Below, in pieces: positions 47,061 to 56,891 of a stretch of 64,000 nt of DNA. Every line of letters starts with the position of its first letter. Position 1 is the stretch's first letter. The DNA lies in the NCBI GenBank assembly GCA_045638905.1, contig JAZUCE010000015.1, forward strand, positions 28,850-92,849, given 5' to 3'. A program made the translations under genes and the position numbers. The DNA comes from Faecalimonas sp. GTDB taxonomy: Bacteria > Bacillota > Clostridia > Lachnospirales > Lachnospiraceae. The notes below the pieces were generated by a model, which saw nothing but the letters and a program-made list of their open reading frames with translations, searched no databases and was not told where the DNA came from.

Positions 47061-48322
47061 TCTTTCACCACCAAATCTGCCCGCATACTTCTATACATTG
47101 CTAAATATGCTTCATAATTTTTCTCTCTATCATGTGCTTTCTCAGCCTTAAGAATCGCGTTACGCGAAAGTTTTTGTGCCAAATTATCATTTTTAAAAAT
47201 TTCTAAAATTCTCTCAGCAAGATACTGATACTCGCCAAAATCGTAAAGGAAACCATTTACCTTATCTTCCACGAAATCCGCCATTCCTCCTCTGAATGTT
47301 GCTATTGTTGGAACGCCCAAATGCATACCTTCTCTCAACACTAGTGATGGGCCTTCTATTGCCGAAGGAATAACTTGAATATGTGCCTTTAACATATTTC
47401 GAAGCATTTGCGACACCGTTTGCGCTCCTAAAAAAATCAGATTCTTTTCTATACCTAACTTTTTGATTAAATCATTTAAATATTTAGAATAACCATTTGT
47501 GATAGCAAGGCTTTCACCATCCAAAGACATACCAGGAATTTTTACTCTCACATCCGGATAATATTGTTTCACTATAGCAATGGCCTTGAACAGATTATGT
47601 ATGCCTTTTAACGCCGTCCCACCGGGGTTTGTTGTAATCTCATATCTATTGATATTAGAAACATCCCACTTTGACGATTGATAAAACTCATCCCTTAAAT
47701 TGTAGTCAATTTTGAATAATTTCAACTTTGGATTAATAAGTCTGGCCATAGACTGATGCCACGCATCTACCACCATACAATAATCCACAGAATTCAACAT
47801 TTCTCTCTCGGATTTAGAATTCTTTACATGAAATAAATGTTGTTCAAATACACCATTAAAATGAAACCATTCTTTCAAAGTCTTAAACCTTAATATCTCA
47901 CATTTTGAAAGTCCACCAAAATCGTACTTTCTTATTCCAGACATAACTCCTTGCAAAGAGATTACTGTAGGCATTCTCTTAAATGCTCTTACAAAAGACA
48001 ATGCATGACAATATTCTGTTCCGTGTATGTTTACAACATCCGGTTTGAAGTCATTTACAATCATTTGCCAATATTCTTTAAACTTTTTTCTATAAAAGAT
48101 CATATCTTTGCCATTACCCGGTATACAATAATACGTGGTATTACCTGTAAAAACTTTGCGGTACGAAGCACCATGGACACAAGCAACTGCAAACTCTATT
48201 TGTGTATCTTCCGACAATCTATCAGCAACATCAAACATCCATGTACCACTATTTCCCATCTTTATATCTAATTCTTTCGCAAGTTCTGGTAGTACCATAT
48301 TTACAATCCACAAAACTCTCAT
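47057..48322 (-). CDS. Glycosyltransferase family 4
   Basis: IHGTE, LKGIH and EGPSLVLREGM motifs. Confidence 0.9.
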   Translation of the reverse strand: MRVLWIVNMVLPELAKELDIKMGNSGTWMFDVADRLSEDTQIEFAVACVHGASYRKVFTGNTTYYCIPGNGKDMIFYRKKFKEYWQMIVNDFKPDVVNIHGTEYCHALSFVRAFKRMPTVISLQGVMSGIRKYDFGGLSKCEILRFKTLKEWFHFNGVFEQHLFHVKNSKSEREMLNSVDYCMVVDAWHQSMARLINPKLKLFKIDYNLRDEFYQSSKWDVSNINRYEITTNPGGTALKGIHNLFKAIAIVKQYYPDVRVKIPGMSLDGESLAITNGYSKYLNDLIKKLGIEKNLIFLGAQTVSQMLRNMLKAHIQVIPSAIEGPSLVLREGMHLGVPTIATFRGGMADFVEDKVNGFLYDFGEYQYLAERILEIFKNDNLAQKLSRNAILKAEKAHDREKNYEAYLAMYRSMRADLVVKE

Positions 48323-49344
48323 CTTTTCTTACGCCTACTTCCTACTTTTCCGCATATAAATATACATAATTTTAAATAGCATTCAATTGGAAACAAAAAA
48401 GACAGATAATTAATCAACATTTGTTTTTTTGTTAAATTTCCTTTTAAACACCCCGTCAAAAATGGATAAGGATAGAACTTTTTCTGTTTAAGTAAGTTCA
48501 ATTTTTCCTCGGCCACACCCATATCTCCTTGTTGCACTAGATCAAAGCACAAAGCCTTTACAGCAAAATGGCGTTTGTTTTGTATTATCTTTCCCCATGC
48601 CACATCCTGCTCCTTAGTAGCTAGTGAGTTGTATTTTTCTGCCAAAAGAAACATGGACTGCATGTGTTTTTTAATATTGCCACTATGCATAGCACTTCCA
48701 TCTCTCTGCCGATAAAAATAAAGAATCGCATCTGTCTTCATGCATATTTTGGCTTTTAGCAATACTTCAAAATTAAACAAAACATCTTCTGAATAAGCAA
48801 TGTCCTCAACAAACAATATGCTATTATCTTTTAGCAACTCAGCTTTATAAATATTACAACACACTCCGCCACCGCCTTTAGAAAACATGAAATCATACAA
48901 TTCGGAACGTTGATCACACGTTATAACTTCCACTTTATTCTTTAATGAAGGAATATTCTCAGTAAAATTAATCATTTTAAACCAGAATATATCTGATGAA
49001 CTTCTTTTCAATTCTACAGTTATCGTTTTTAGACAATTTGAGGCAACAATATCATCGCCATCAACAAACCAAATATATTCTCCTTTTGCTAACTCTAAAC
49101 CTTTATTTCTTGCTGAAGAAACACCGCCATTCTGTTTTGAATAACACTGTATATTGCCAAATTTATTTTGATAATCTTTAATAATCTGAAGGCTATTGTC
49201 CTGCGAACCATCATCAATACAAATAATCTCATAATTGTCGTGAGGAATATCCTGATCTAAGCATGACTCAATAGTCGCACCAATATATTTTTCCACATTA
49301 TACACCGGTATTACAAAAGATAATATCGGCTTCATTTTACTCAT
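48319..49344 (-). CDS. Glycosyltransferase family 2
   Basis: IPVYNVE, DDGSQD, FVDGDD and SED motifs. Confidence 0.92.
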   Translation of the reverse strand: MSKMKPILSFVIPVYNVEKYIGATIESCLDQDIPHDNYEIICIDDGSQDNSLQIIKDYQNKFGNIQCYSKQNGGVSSARNKGLELAKGEYIWFVDGDDIVASNCLKTITVELKRSSSDIFWFKMINFTENIPSLKNKVEVITCDQRSELYDFMFSKGGGGVCCNIYKAELLKDNSILFVEDIAYSEDVLFNFEVLLKAKICMKTDAILYFYRQRDGSAMHSGNIKKHMQSMFLLAEKYNSLATKEQDVAWGKIIQNKRHFAVKALCFDLVQQGDMGVAEEKLNLLKQKKFYPYPFLTGCLKGNLTKKQMLINYLSFLFPIECYLKLCIFICGKVGSRRKKR

Positions 49345-50608
49345 TATTTGCCGCACTCCTTATACAATCAAATAAAATTTTATTCTGCTTTAACTTATCG
49401 TGATTCTTTTTCCCACATTCATATGCCTTTTTGCCATATTCTTCAATCAACTGTGGAGTCTGCACAAGTCTCTTTATCTGTACTTCTATTTCTTCATATG
49501 AACAAGCCGTAATAGCTGAATCATATCTTTTAAAATAGTCAATTGGAGCGATATCATCATCTCCTATTGCAAATATACATTTTCCACTCTTTAGATAATC
49601 AGTAATTTTTGTAGAAAACGATAACCTTGCAGCATGTTTGTACTTATTTTCTAAACTTTCTACGAACACTAAAATATCAGCTTGCTCCTGAACATCTTGG
49701 ACTTCTTCTAAGGATAGTGCTCCTTTAATTGAACAACCGTTTTTATTTAACGCACACATGATTTTTTCATCTACATTGTCTGTAGTGTATATATCAAGTT
49801 CAATTTTTATTTCGTCTTGGTTAATTTTTCCAAACACATCTGCAATGGCTTCCAAAGATTTCCACCGTCCAATAATTAACTTTCCTGTATATACCATTTT
49901 TATTGGATTTGAAAGTGTCTCCTTTTGATAAGGATATTTAATAAAATCTACACCCTTAGTTAAAATAATACTCTCTTTGTTAAATAATCTATCATATTCT
50001 TCTTTTTGTTTTGGAGCAATCACCATCACTCGCCTTGCACTTTGAAATAACTTTTTCTGATGTTTTCGAAGCCACCAACGCATAACATAACTCAGTGGAG
50101 TCTTGCTTATAGATTTGTACGAATAATTGTCATCAGAAGCATACAAAACAACTGGCTTTTGAGTGTACTTAACAATATAGTTTTGCAAACGCGCCATATA
50201 TACTGTTGAATATACTGGCATAAATAGCACATCTGGACGAAATTCATCCAAAAAGCAATTTAATTCTTTTGTCTTCCATTTTCCCAACAACCAAACGAAT
50301 TCTCTAGCAAATGTGAAAAATTCATTATGTTTCTTATTATACAACTTTAATTCATTACTCTTTTTTTTCTCTTCGTTTTTTACAACATCACCGGTTAATA
50401 CTGTTCGTCTCCAAACACTCTTAATCAGTTTTTTCTCAGAAATCCGAAAAAACGTATCACAGATACACGTATTTGGATTGCCATCTCTCGTATATAGATG
50501 AGCAAGTGAAGCTTTGTCCCACTGTTCAAAAAAAGAAATTAATGTATTTATTCCTGTATTATCAATCCAAGGATTGATACCTACTACTAAAACTTTTGGA
50601 TACTCCAA
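49337..50608 (-). CDS. Putative glycosyltransferase (GT4-like)
   Basis: VYTGKL and ADILVFVES...LSFSTKITDYL motifs. Confidence 0.8.
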   Translation of the reverse strand: MEYPKVLVVGINPWIDNTGINTLISFFEQWDKASLAHLYTRDGNPNTCICDTFFRISEKKLIKSVWRRTVLTGDVVKNEEKKKSNELKLYNKKHNEFFTFAREFVWLLGKWKTKELNCFLDEFRPDVLFMPVYSTVYMARLQNYIVKYTQKPVVLYASDDNYSYKSISKTPLSYVMRWWLRKHQKKLFQSARRVMVIAPKQKEEYDRLFNKESIILTKGVDFIKYPYQKETLSNPIKMVYTGKLIIGRWKSLEAIADVFGKINQDEIKIELDIYTTDNVDEKIMCALNKNGCSIKGALSLEEVQDVQEQADILVFVESLENKYKHAARLSFSTKITDYLKSGKCIFAIGDDDIAPIDYFKRYDSAITACSYEEIEVQIKRLVQTPQLIEEYGKKAYECGKKNHDKLKQNKILFDCIRSAANNE

Positions 50609-50614
50609 AATTCA

Positions 50615-51571
50615 TCACCTCATCTTATCTATTAGACATAACAATGTACACGTAAGATTCATTCCTAAAAATTTCGTACAGAGATAAAACTTATTTGCCC
50701 TTGGATTAAGTCGATATCTTAATAATCCTTTAAAGTTCCAAATATCTCTTTTTAATTCTTTCAACTCTTTACGATGTCTAGAATATGAAATCAATAAATT
50801 ACAATACAATTTTGCAAGAGATGACAATAATACCTCTCTCTCCCTGTCACTCTCTATATTCTCGAATTTTTTCTTCCACTTTTTGAGTGTAAGAACATAG
50901 TCTGTTATACTCTTTTGTTTAAACACAGATGTTACTGAATTTTCCCTTTGTCTATAATATACGTATGGCTTATCTATAATTTCAAAGCTTTTTGCATGCT
51001 CAATTACAGAATAATACCAATCCATATCCTCACAAGAGAGTGTTTCATCAAAAACGATATTGTGTTCTTTCAATAAATCCGAACGAATTGTTTTTGACCA
51101 ACAAGAGCAGAAAAAAGCATCCCTTTTCACTAATTCGTATAAAAAGTCGGCCTTATTTCTTTGTGTTATGCCTGCATACGATATACCGCAATCACTTATT
51201 TTTGTTTCCCAATATTTGTAGTATCTATAAACTATTACATCAGGACTATGGATTGTTTTAGAGTGCAATTCTTCAAGGAAGCTGTCGCTACATATTAAAT
51301 CATCACTATCAAGAAAAACCACATACTTACCTTTCGCATTAGACACTCCTATATTTCTTGCTGATGATTGTCCACCATTTTTTTTATGAATCACTTGAAT
51401 ACGGTTATCACATTTTGCATACTCGTCACATATAGCGGAACTGCCATCTTTAGAACCATCATCTACCAGAATTAATTCAAAATCTGTAAAAGTTTGCCGC
51501 AAAACACTATTAACACATTCTTTTAAATATTTTTCCACATTGTATACTGGAATAATAACACTAAAAACCAT
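50615..51571 (-). CDS. Glycosyltransferase family 2
   Basis: IPVYNVE, DDGSKD, FLDSDD and CED motifs. Confidence 0.92.
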   Translation of the reverse strand: MVFSVIIPVYNVEKYLKECVNSVLRQTFTDFELILVDDGSKDGSSAICDEYAKCDNRIQVIHKKNGGQSSARNIGVSNAKGKYVVFLDSDDLICSDSFLEELHSKTIHSPDVIVYRYYKYWETKISDCGISYAGITQRNKADFLYELVKRDAFFCSCWSKTIRSDLLKEHNIVFDETLSCEDMDWYYSVIEHAKSFEIIDKPYVYYRQRENSVTSVFKQKSITDYVLTLKKWKKKFENIESDREREVLLSSLAKLYCNLLISYSRHRKELKELKRDIWNFKGLLRYRLNPRANKFYLCTKFLGMNLTCTLLCLIDKMR

Positions 51572-51572
51572 T

Positions 51573-52505
51573 TTATTTCACTCCATTTATTACACAATTG
51601 ATTTGTTCACCATTTAACATGGCATTTAGGTTATTGGTTATGTGTGTCTTTAATCGCTCATTTACTTCTTGGGAGATCGCTGCAACTCCTGGCAACACCA
51701 CAACATTACTCAATCTTCTAAATGGATTAGTAATCGGATTTGGAAGTTTTTCAAATATATCTAACACAGCCCCTCCAATTTTCTTCTTTTTAAGTGCATA
51801 AAGAAAATCTTTTTCATTAAAAACTGCTTTCCGACCTACATTTACTACAACCGAACTTTTTTTCATCTTTTCAAAAATTTCAGCATTAATAAATCCTTTT
51901 GTTTGTTCGTTATCCGGCAATGTCGAAATAACATAGTCATATCTGTTTATATTATCAAGAAGTTCTTTTCTGTTTCGAACTATATGATGGTATTGCGGCT
52001 TGTCTACACAAAATGGATCATACCCTTCAATCACCATTCCAAACCCTTGCAATCTTTCTGCGATTGAAGTTCCAATGTTTCCCGCTCCCATAATAAGAAC
52101 ACTCTTTCCTGCCAACTCAGTAATGGTATTATAGTGACGTTGTAATTTAACATGACGATTGTTTGCGTTTTTATGTAATTTTTTTGCTACAAGCAACATG
52201 CCAAATATAACAGTTTCTGCAATAGGGTTACTATATACACTACCTGCATTTGCAACTGCAACACCTTTTTGTCGATATGTTTCACAAGGAACACCATCAA
52301 ATCCTGCACTAGTTAATTGAAAAAGCCTTAATGACGGAAACTCCATTTCTGCACACTTAATTGCCATTGCCCGCGAACCAACAATAGCCACCACAGAACT
52401 ATTACAACTATAATCGCCTAACTTTTTAATATTTATTCTCTCAAAAATAACGTCTTTCGGAAAATTTCTACTATCTAATTCTTTATCAGACAAAATTAGT
52501 TTCAT
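51573..52505 (-). CDS. D-isomer-specific 2-hydroxyacid dehydrogenase-like NAD(P)-binding protein
   Basis: SAGFD, GAGNIG, NVGR and AVLDIF motifs. Confidence 0.85.
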   Translation of the reverse strand: MKLILSDKELDSRNFPKDVIFERINIKKLGDYSCNSSVVAIVGSRAMAIKCAEMEFPSLRLFQLTSAGFDGVPCETYRQKGVAVANAGSVYSNPIAETVIFGMLLVAKKLHKNANNRHVKLQRHYNTITELAGKSVLIMGAGNIGTSIAERLQGFGMVIEGYDPFCVDKPQYHHIVRNRKELLDNINRYDYVISTLPDNEQTKGFINAEIFEKMKKSSVVVNVGRKAVFNEKDFLYALKKKKIGGAVLDIFEKLPNPITNPFRRLSNVVVLPGVAAISQEVNERLKTHITNNLNAMLNGEQINCVINGVK

Positions 52506-52521
52506 ATTTACCGTTTCTCCT

Positions 52522-53658
52522 CTACCTTAACAATTCCCCATAATCTTTCTTTTGATTTTCCAACATAATTTCTCGTCTAAAATAGGTTTCCACGCGGTTT
52601 CTTGCTTCTTGTCCCATCTCTTTACTTTTCATTTCATCTGACATGATTTCTTTCATTCTCCTGTAAAGTGATTCTGCATCTCTTGGTTGCACCAGCAAAC
52701 ATGATACATTCTGCTCCATGACTTCTGATGCTCCCGGAATATCGGTTGTAATAATCGGACATCCCATAGCAGCTGCTTCTTGCAGAACCATGCCAAATCC
52801 TTCCCTGTATGTTGGGTGAACATAACAATCCATAGCTGCGTAATATCGTTTTAATTCTTTATTGTCTACATATCCTGTAAAAATTACATTTGGGGAACTT
52901 GTTGCCCACTCATACAGTTCATTATCCACACTACTATCTATCTCCAGCGGACCAACACAGAGTAATATGCAATTCGTTTCTCCTATCCTTTTAAAAGCCT
53001 CCAGTAGTTCATTACTACCTTTATCTCCTGAAAATCGACCTACAAAACCAAACACATATTTTTCTCCCAAATTGTATTTTTCTCGGATATTATTACTGTA
53101 TTCAACTTTATTTTCGATGTCATATTCACCTAGGTCTACTCCAATAGTACCACCCTGTCCTAAAACTTTTACTTTATCTTGTTTATACAATTTTTCTCTA
53201 ACAGCAAACTCTCTGTTTTTCATGCTCACTGCACGCACATCTGTTGAATTTGTACATACAATTTTCTCTATAATTCTAAAAATATGTCTCTTAATTCCCG
53301 TAAATCCAACATAACGAATCCCCCATTGACAATATAAGCGAATGGGGATATTGGCCTTTTTTGCAGCTATTGATGCATATAAAGATGCATTCGGTGTTGA
53401 GTATTGCACTAAATCAAAACTTTCTTTTTTAAAAATTGCTTCCATCTTTTTAATACACTTAAACACATCTAAGTTCACACCGCGCTTCATATCTACTGGA
53501 ATATATTTAATATATTCGGGTAGCATCTCTGCAAACTTTTCATCCCTACTACATATAAAAGCGACTTCATATCCCTCCTTATGTAACATAACTGCCGTTG
53601 GTATAACAAACGTCACCAAAGTGATTGACGTTGTAGTTACAAAACAAATTTTCTTCAT
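52522..53658 (-). CDS. Glycosyltransferase family 4 (CapM/PglA-like)
   Basis: FVGR..DKG and PTYREGFGMVLQEAAAM motifs. Confidence 0.92.
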   Translation of the reverse strand: MKKICFVTTTSITLVTFVIPTAVMLHKEGYEVAFICSRDEKFAEMLPEYIKYIPVDMKRGVNLDVFKCIKKMEAIFKKESFDLVQYSTPNASLYASIAAKKANIPIRLYCQWGIRYVGFTGIKRHIFRIIEKIVCTNSTDVRAVSMKNREFAVREKLYKQDKVKVLGQGGTIGVDLGEYDIENKVEYSNNIREKYNLGEKYVFGFVGRFSGDKGSNELLEAFKRIGETNCILLCVGPLEIDSSVDNELYEWATSSPNVIFTGYVDNKELKRYYAAMDCYVHPTYREGFGMVLQEAAAMGCPIITTDIPGASEVMEQNVSCLLVQPRDAESLYRRMKEIMSDEMKSKEMGQEARNRVETYFRREIMLENQKKDYGELLR

Positions 53659-54488
53659 CGTTTTCCCCGCATAATACTTTTCTTAATTTGTTGTACCTTC
53701 TCATTTAAGATATGGTAATTTTCTTCATAATCCACATCCATATATTGTTCTATCTTTTCCTCATATATACGAATATTTCGAACGCCCTCTATAAATTCTT
53801 CTTTTACAGCCTGTGGATTCTCCACAGTATTAGCATCGCAAAAACTTCTAGATAATATTGCCATCTGTGAACCAATTTTATAATGATGTGTCAAAATTAC
53901 TTCTGCCGGTAACATTCCATAGCCTATTCTTGCAAGTCCGCCAACTCCAAATCGAACACCATGTTCATTTAACACTTTAGTTATTTTATCCACTGTCCCA
54001 TCAGCCATTAATTCGAACATAAAATCTTTTTTGTATGCTAAATGTAAATCATTTAACCCAATATGTACTTCATCTATTCCTGGCAAATCAATATATGTTT
54101 CGATACCTTCTGCCGCTTCTGCAGTTTCAACCAGAAGAATTGTTCTTGCCCTTCCGTCTACAAAATTTAGAAATTGTTCAACTTCTTCTTTTTTCTTAAA
54201 CATAGGCAACATAACATATTCTGCCCCTGCATCAATAACCTGATTAATCTCATCTTCCGATTCTACATCCATTGGGTTCACACGAACCATAAGTTGCGAA
54301 GTGGATAGAATAGGTTTAATCTTCTTGATATCTTCAATTGTATGCTGCGACTTAACAGTATTCATTCCTTTTTGTCGCTCTTCTTTTCCTTTTACTTCCA
54401 AATCAATCCAGATGCGGTCAACTCCTGCCTCTTGTGCTATTTGTGCTACATCTACTCGATTTGTTATATACATTAATGTAATCGCCAT
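53655..54488 (-). CDS. HpcH/HpaI aldolase / citrate lyase family protein
   Basis: IDLE, VRVNP, MLP, LLVET and HIGLNDL motifs. Confidence 0.85.
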   Translation of the reverse strand: MAITLMYITNRVDVAQIAQEAGVDRIWIDLEVKGKEERQKGMNTVKSQHTIEDIKKIKPILSTSQLMVRVNPMDVESEDEINQVIDAGAEYVMLPMFKKKEEVEQFLNFVDGRARTILLVETAEAAEGIETYIDLPGIDEVHIGLNDLHLAYKKDFMFELMADGTVDKITKVLNEHGVRFGVGGLARIGYGMLPAEVILTHHYKIGSQMAILSRSFCDANTVENPQAVKEEFIEGVRNIRIYEEKIEQYMDVDYEENYHILNEKVQQIKKSIMRGKR

Positions 54489-54497
54489 TTTTACCCT

Positions 54498-55118
54498 CTA
54501 CACAATTTTCTTCGCAGGCACCCCTACATAAGTCCCAGCTTCTTCTATATCTTTTACAACCACAGCACCTGCACCTATCATGCAATCGCCGCATATTTTA
54601 ACATTATTTTTTACTGTTGCTCCTGCACCAATCCAAGTGTTTTCTCTAATCTCAACAGTGCCACTCACATGTGCTCCCACTGAAATGTGAACATAATCTT
54701 CAAGTTTGCAATCATGGTCAACTGAAGCACAGGTATTGATAATACAGCCCTTGCCAATTGTACTATCTGAATTAATAACAGTTCCTGCCATAACAACAGT
54801 TCCTTTTCCAATTGTTACTTTGCTTCCAATAACTGCTGCTGGATGAATTAAAGTAGCTATATTCGCGCCCTGCTTCATCAACTGTTCTGTGACACTTTTC
54901 CTTATATTTGCATTTCCAATTGCCACAATATAATCTGCGTTATCTATGTACTGCTTTGCATCTGAACTTTTTCCTACAACTGGAAATCCCATGCATTCTT
55001 TTACGTTCTCATCGTCATCTAAAAATAATATCTCATCATATTTCTGTAGTTTTAATGCAATGTCAGCACAAACCTTTCCCTCTCCACTTGCACCAATAAT
55101 AACCAATTTTTTTTCCAT
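54498..55118 (-). CDS. PglD/NeuD-family sugar N-acetyltransferase
   Basis: IIGASG, AIGN..R, LIHP and VDHDC motifs; LbH repeats. Confidence 0.92.
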   Translation of the reverse strand: MEKKLVIIGASGEGKVCADIALKLQKYDEILFLDDDENVKECMGFPVVGKSSDAKQYIDNADYIVAIGNANIRKSVTEQLMKQGANIATLIHPAAVIGSKVTIGKGTVVMAGTVINSDSTIGKGCIINTCASVDHDCKLEDYVHISVGAHVSGTVEIRENTWIGAGATVKNNVKICGDCMIGAGAVVVKDIEEAGTYVGVPAKKIV

Positions 55119-55120
55119 GA

Positions 55121-55735
55121 TTATCCTTCCATCTCACTTCCCATGAATTCTTCCATGGTTGCACTTGTTTCCGAACTTATTCCATCACGTTTCAGCACAT
55201 TCCACACTGTTTGGAAAATAATCTTCCAATCACCTAAGAATGTTACATTGTCAACGTATTCCACATCATATTTAAATTTATCTTCCCAACTGATTTCATT
55301 ACGCCCATTCACTTGAGCTAATCCACTCAAGCCTGGTCGCACCTCATGACGACGTTTTTGTTCGGCATTATATCTAGGCAAATATCTAACCAATAATGGT
55401 CTCGGCCCTACAATGCTCATATCACCTTTTAGAATATTAAACAATTCTGGCAATTCATCCAAGCTTGTGGAACGAAGCAATTTACCAAACTTCGTAAGTC
55501 TCACTTCATCTGGTAATAGATTCCCATTCTCGTCTTTTTCGTCTGTCATAGTACGAAACTTATATAGTTTAAAGATTTTCTCATCTTTACCTGGTCTGTC
55601 TTGTGTGAATAATACTGGGCTGCCAAGTTTAATTCTAACTAGTATGACAACCACTAATAGCACTGGAGACAGTACAATAATCGCCAACAGAGACAGTACG
55701 AAATCCATCACACGTTTCAAATAGTTCTTGTACAT
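55121..55735 (-). CDS. PglC-like initiating phosphoglycosyl transferase, module A
   Basis: [23 protein letters not shown] and AQVNGRN motifs. Confidence 0.93.
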   Translation of the reverse strand: MYKNYLKRVMDFVLSLLAIIVLSPVLLVVVILVRIKLGSPVLFTQDRPGKDEKIFKLYKFRTMTDEKDENGNLLPDEVRLTKFGKLLRSTSLDELPELFNILKGDMSIVGPRPLLVRYLPRYNAEQKRRHEVRPGLSGLAQVNGRNEISWEDKFKYDVEYVDNVTFLGDWKIIFQTVWNVLKRDGISSETSATMEEFMGSEMEG

Positions 55736-55747
55736 TTTTACATTTCC

Positions 55748-56869
55748 TTAAAATAATGATTTAATAATACCAATTACTTTCTGTATATCTTCCTCTGTCA
55801 TCTTGATATCGCTTGGCAAACATACACCTCGCTTAAAGATATCTTCACCTACGCTACTTTCTGCTTCCGTTGTTACAAAGTCATTTTCTTCGTATACCGG
55901 TTGCATATGCATCGGTTTCCAGATTGGTCTGCTTTCAATGTTTTCTTTTTCCAAAGCTAGCATTATATCGAGTGGTGTCACCTTACATCCTGGTTTCAAA
56001 GTGATGCATGACAACCAATAATTTGCCTCTGAGTTTCTTGGAATTGGATTCATTTCAATATCTTCAATATCTGCAAATGCATTTTTATATGTATCATAAA
56101 TATTTTTCTTTAATGCAACATGCTCTGCCAGATGTAATAACTGTCCGCGACCGATTCCAGCCACAACATTTGACATACGGTAGTTATACCCAATCTCTTT
56201 ATGCTCGTAATGTCTTTCCGGCTCTCTTGCCTGTGTAGCCCAGAAAATTGCTTTTTTCATATCCTCTTCACTTTCAGATACCAGCATTCCGCCGCCTGAA
56301 GTTGTGATGATTTTATTTCCATTAAATGAGTAGATACCGTATTTCCCAAAGGTACCAGTCATTTTCCCTTTGTAGGTTGCTCCTAGACTTTCCGCTGCAT
56401 CTTCAATGAGTATTGCTCCATGTTCTTCACAGATTGCCATAATCTCATCCAATTTACATGGTGTACCATAGAGATGCACTACCACGACCACCTTTGTGTC
56501 CGGATATTTTTCAAACGCTTTTCTCAATGCGTCTGGTGACATGTTCCAAGTATCTCTTTCAGAATCAATAAATACCGGAATTGCATTTTCATATGTAATC
56601 GGATTACAGGTAGCTGAGAAAGTAAGCGAAGATACAAACACTCTGTCTCCCGCTTTCACACCTGCCAATTTCATTGCCAGGTGCAATGCCGCTGTTCCTG
56701 CACTTAATGCAGTAGCATGTCCAATCCCTACATATTCCGCCATCTCTTTTTCAAATGCATTTACATTTGGTCCAAGCGGTGCCACCCAATTAGTATCAAA
56801 TGCTTCTTGAATATATTTTTGTTCTTCACCATGCATTGTTGGTGTAGAAAGATAAATTCTATTTTTCAT
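55748..56869 (-). CDS. DegT/DnrJ/EryC1/StrS aminotransferase (PglE/EpsN-like)
   Basis: WVAPLGP, GTAALHLA, EDAAES, SFNGNKIITTSGGG and GYNYRMSN motifs. Confidence 0.94.
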   Translation of the reverse strand: MKNRIYLSTPTMHGEEQKYIQEAFDTNWVAPLGPNVNAFEKEMAEYVGIGHATALSAGTAALHLAMKLAGVKAGDRVFVSSLTFSATCNPITYENAIPVFIDSERDTWNMSPDALRKAFEKYPDTKVVVVVHLYGTPCKLDEIMAICEEHGAILIEDAAESLGATYKGKMTGTFGKYGIYSFNGNKIITTSGGGMLVSESEEDMKKAIFWATQAREPERHYEHKEIGYNYRMSNVVAGIGRGQLLHLAEHVALKKNIYDTYKNAFADIEDIEMNPIPRNSEANYWLSCITLKPGCKVTPLDIMLALEKENIESRPIWKPMHMQPVYEENDFVTTEAESSVGEDIFKRGVCLPSDIKMTEEDIQKVIGIIKSLF

Positions 56870-56891
56870 AATTTTTCCTGCTCCCGTTATT

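Noticed and set aside
25451-51385. A8/T8 runs inside glycan genes (e.g. 25451, 26408, 50361, 51378) as phase-variation tracts
   Set aside because: Genes are in frame and such runs are expected at this AT content; no long poly-G/C tracts were seen.
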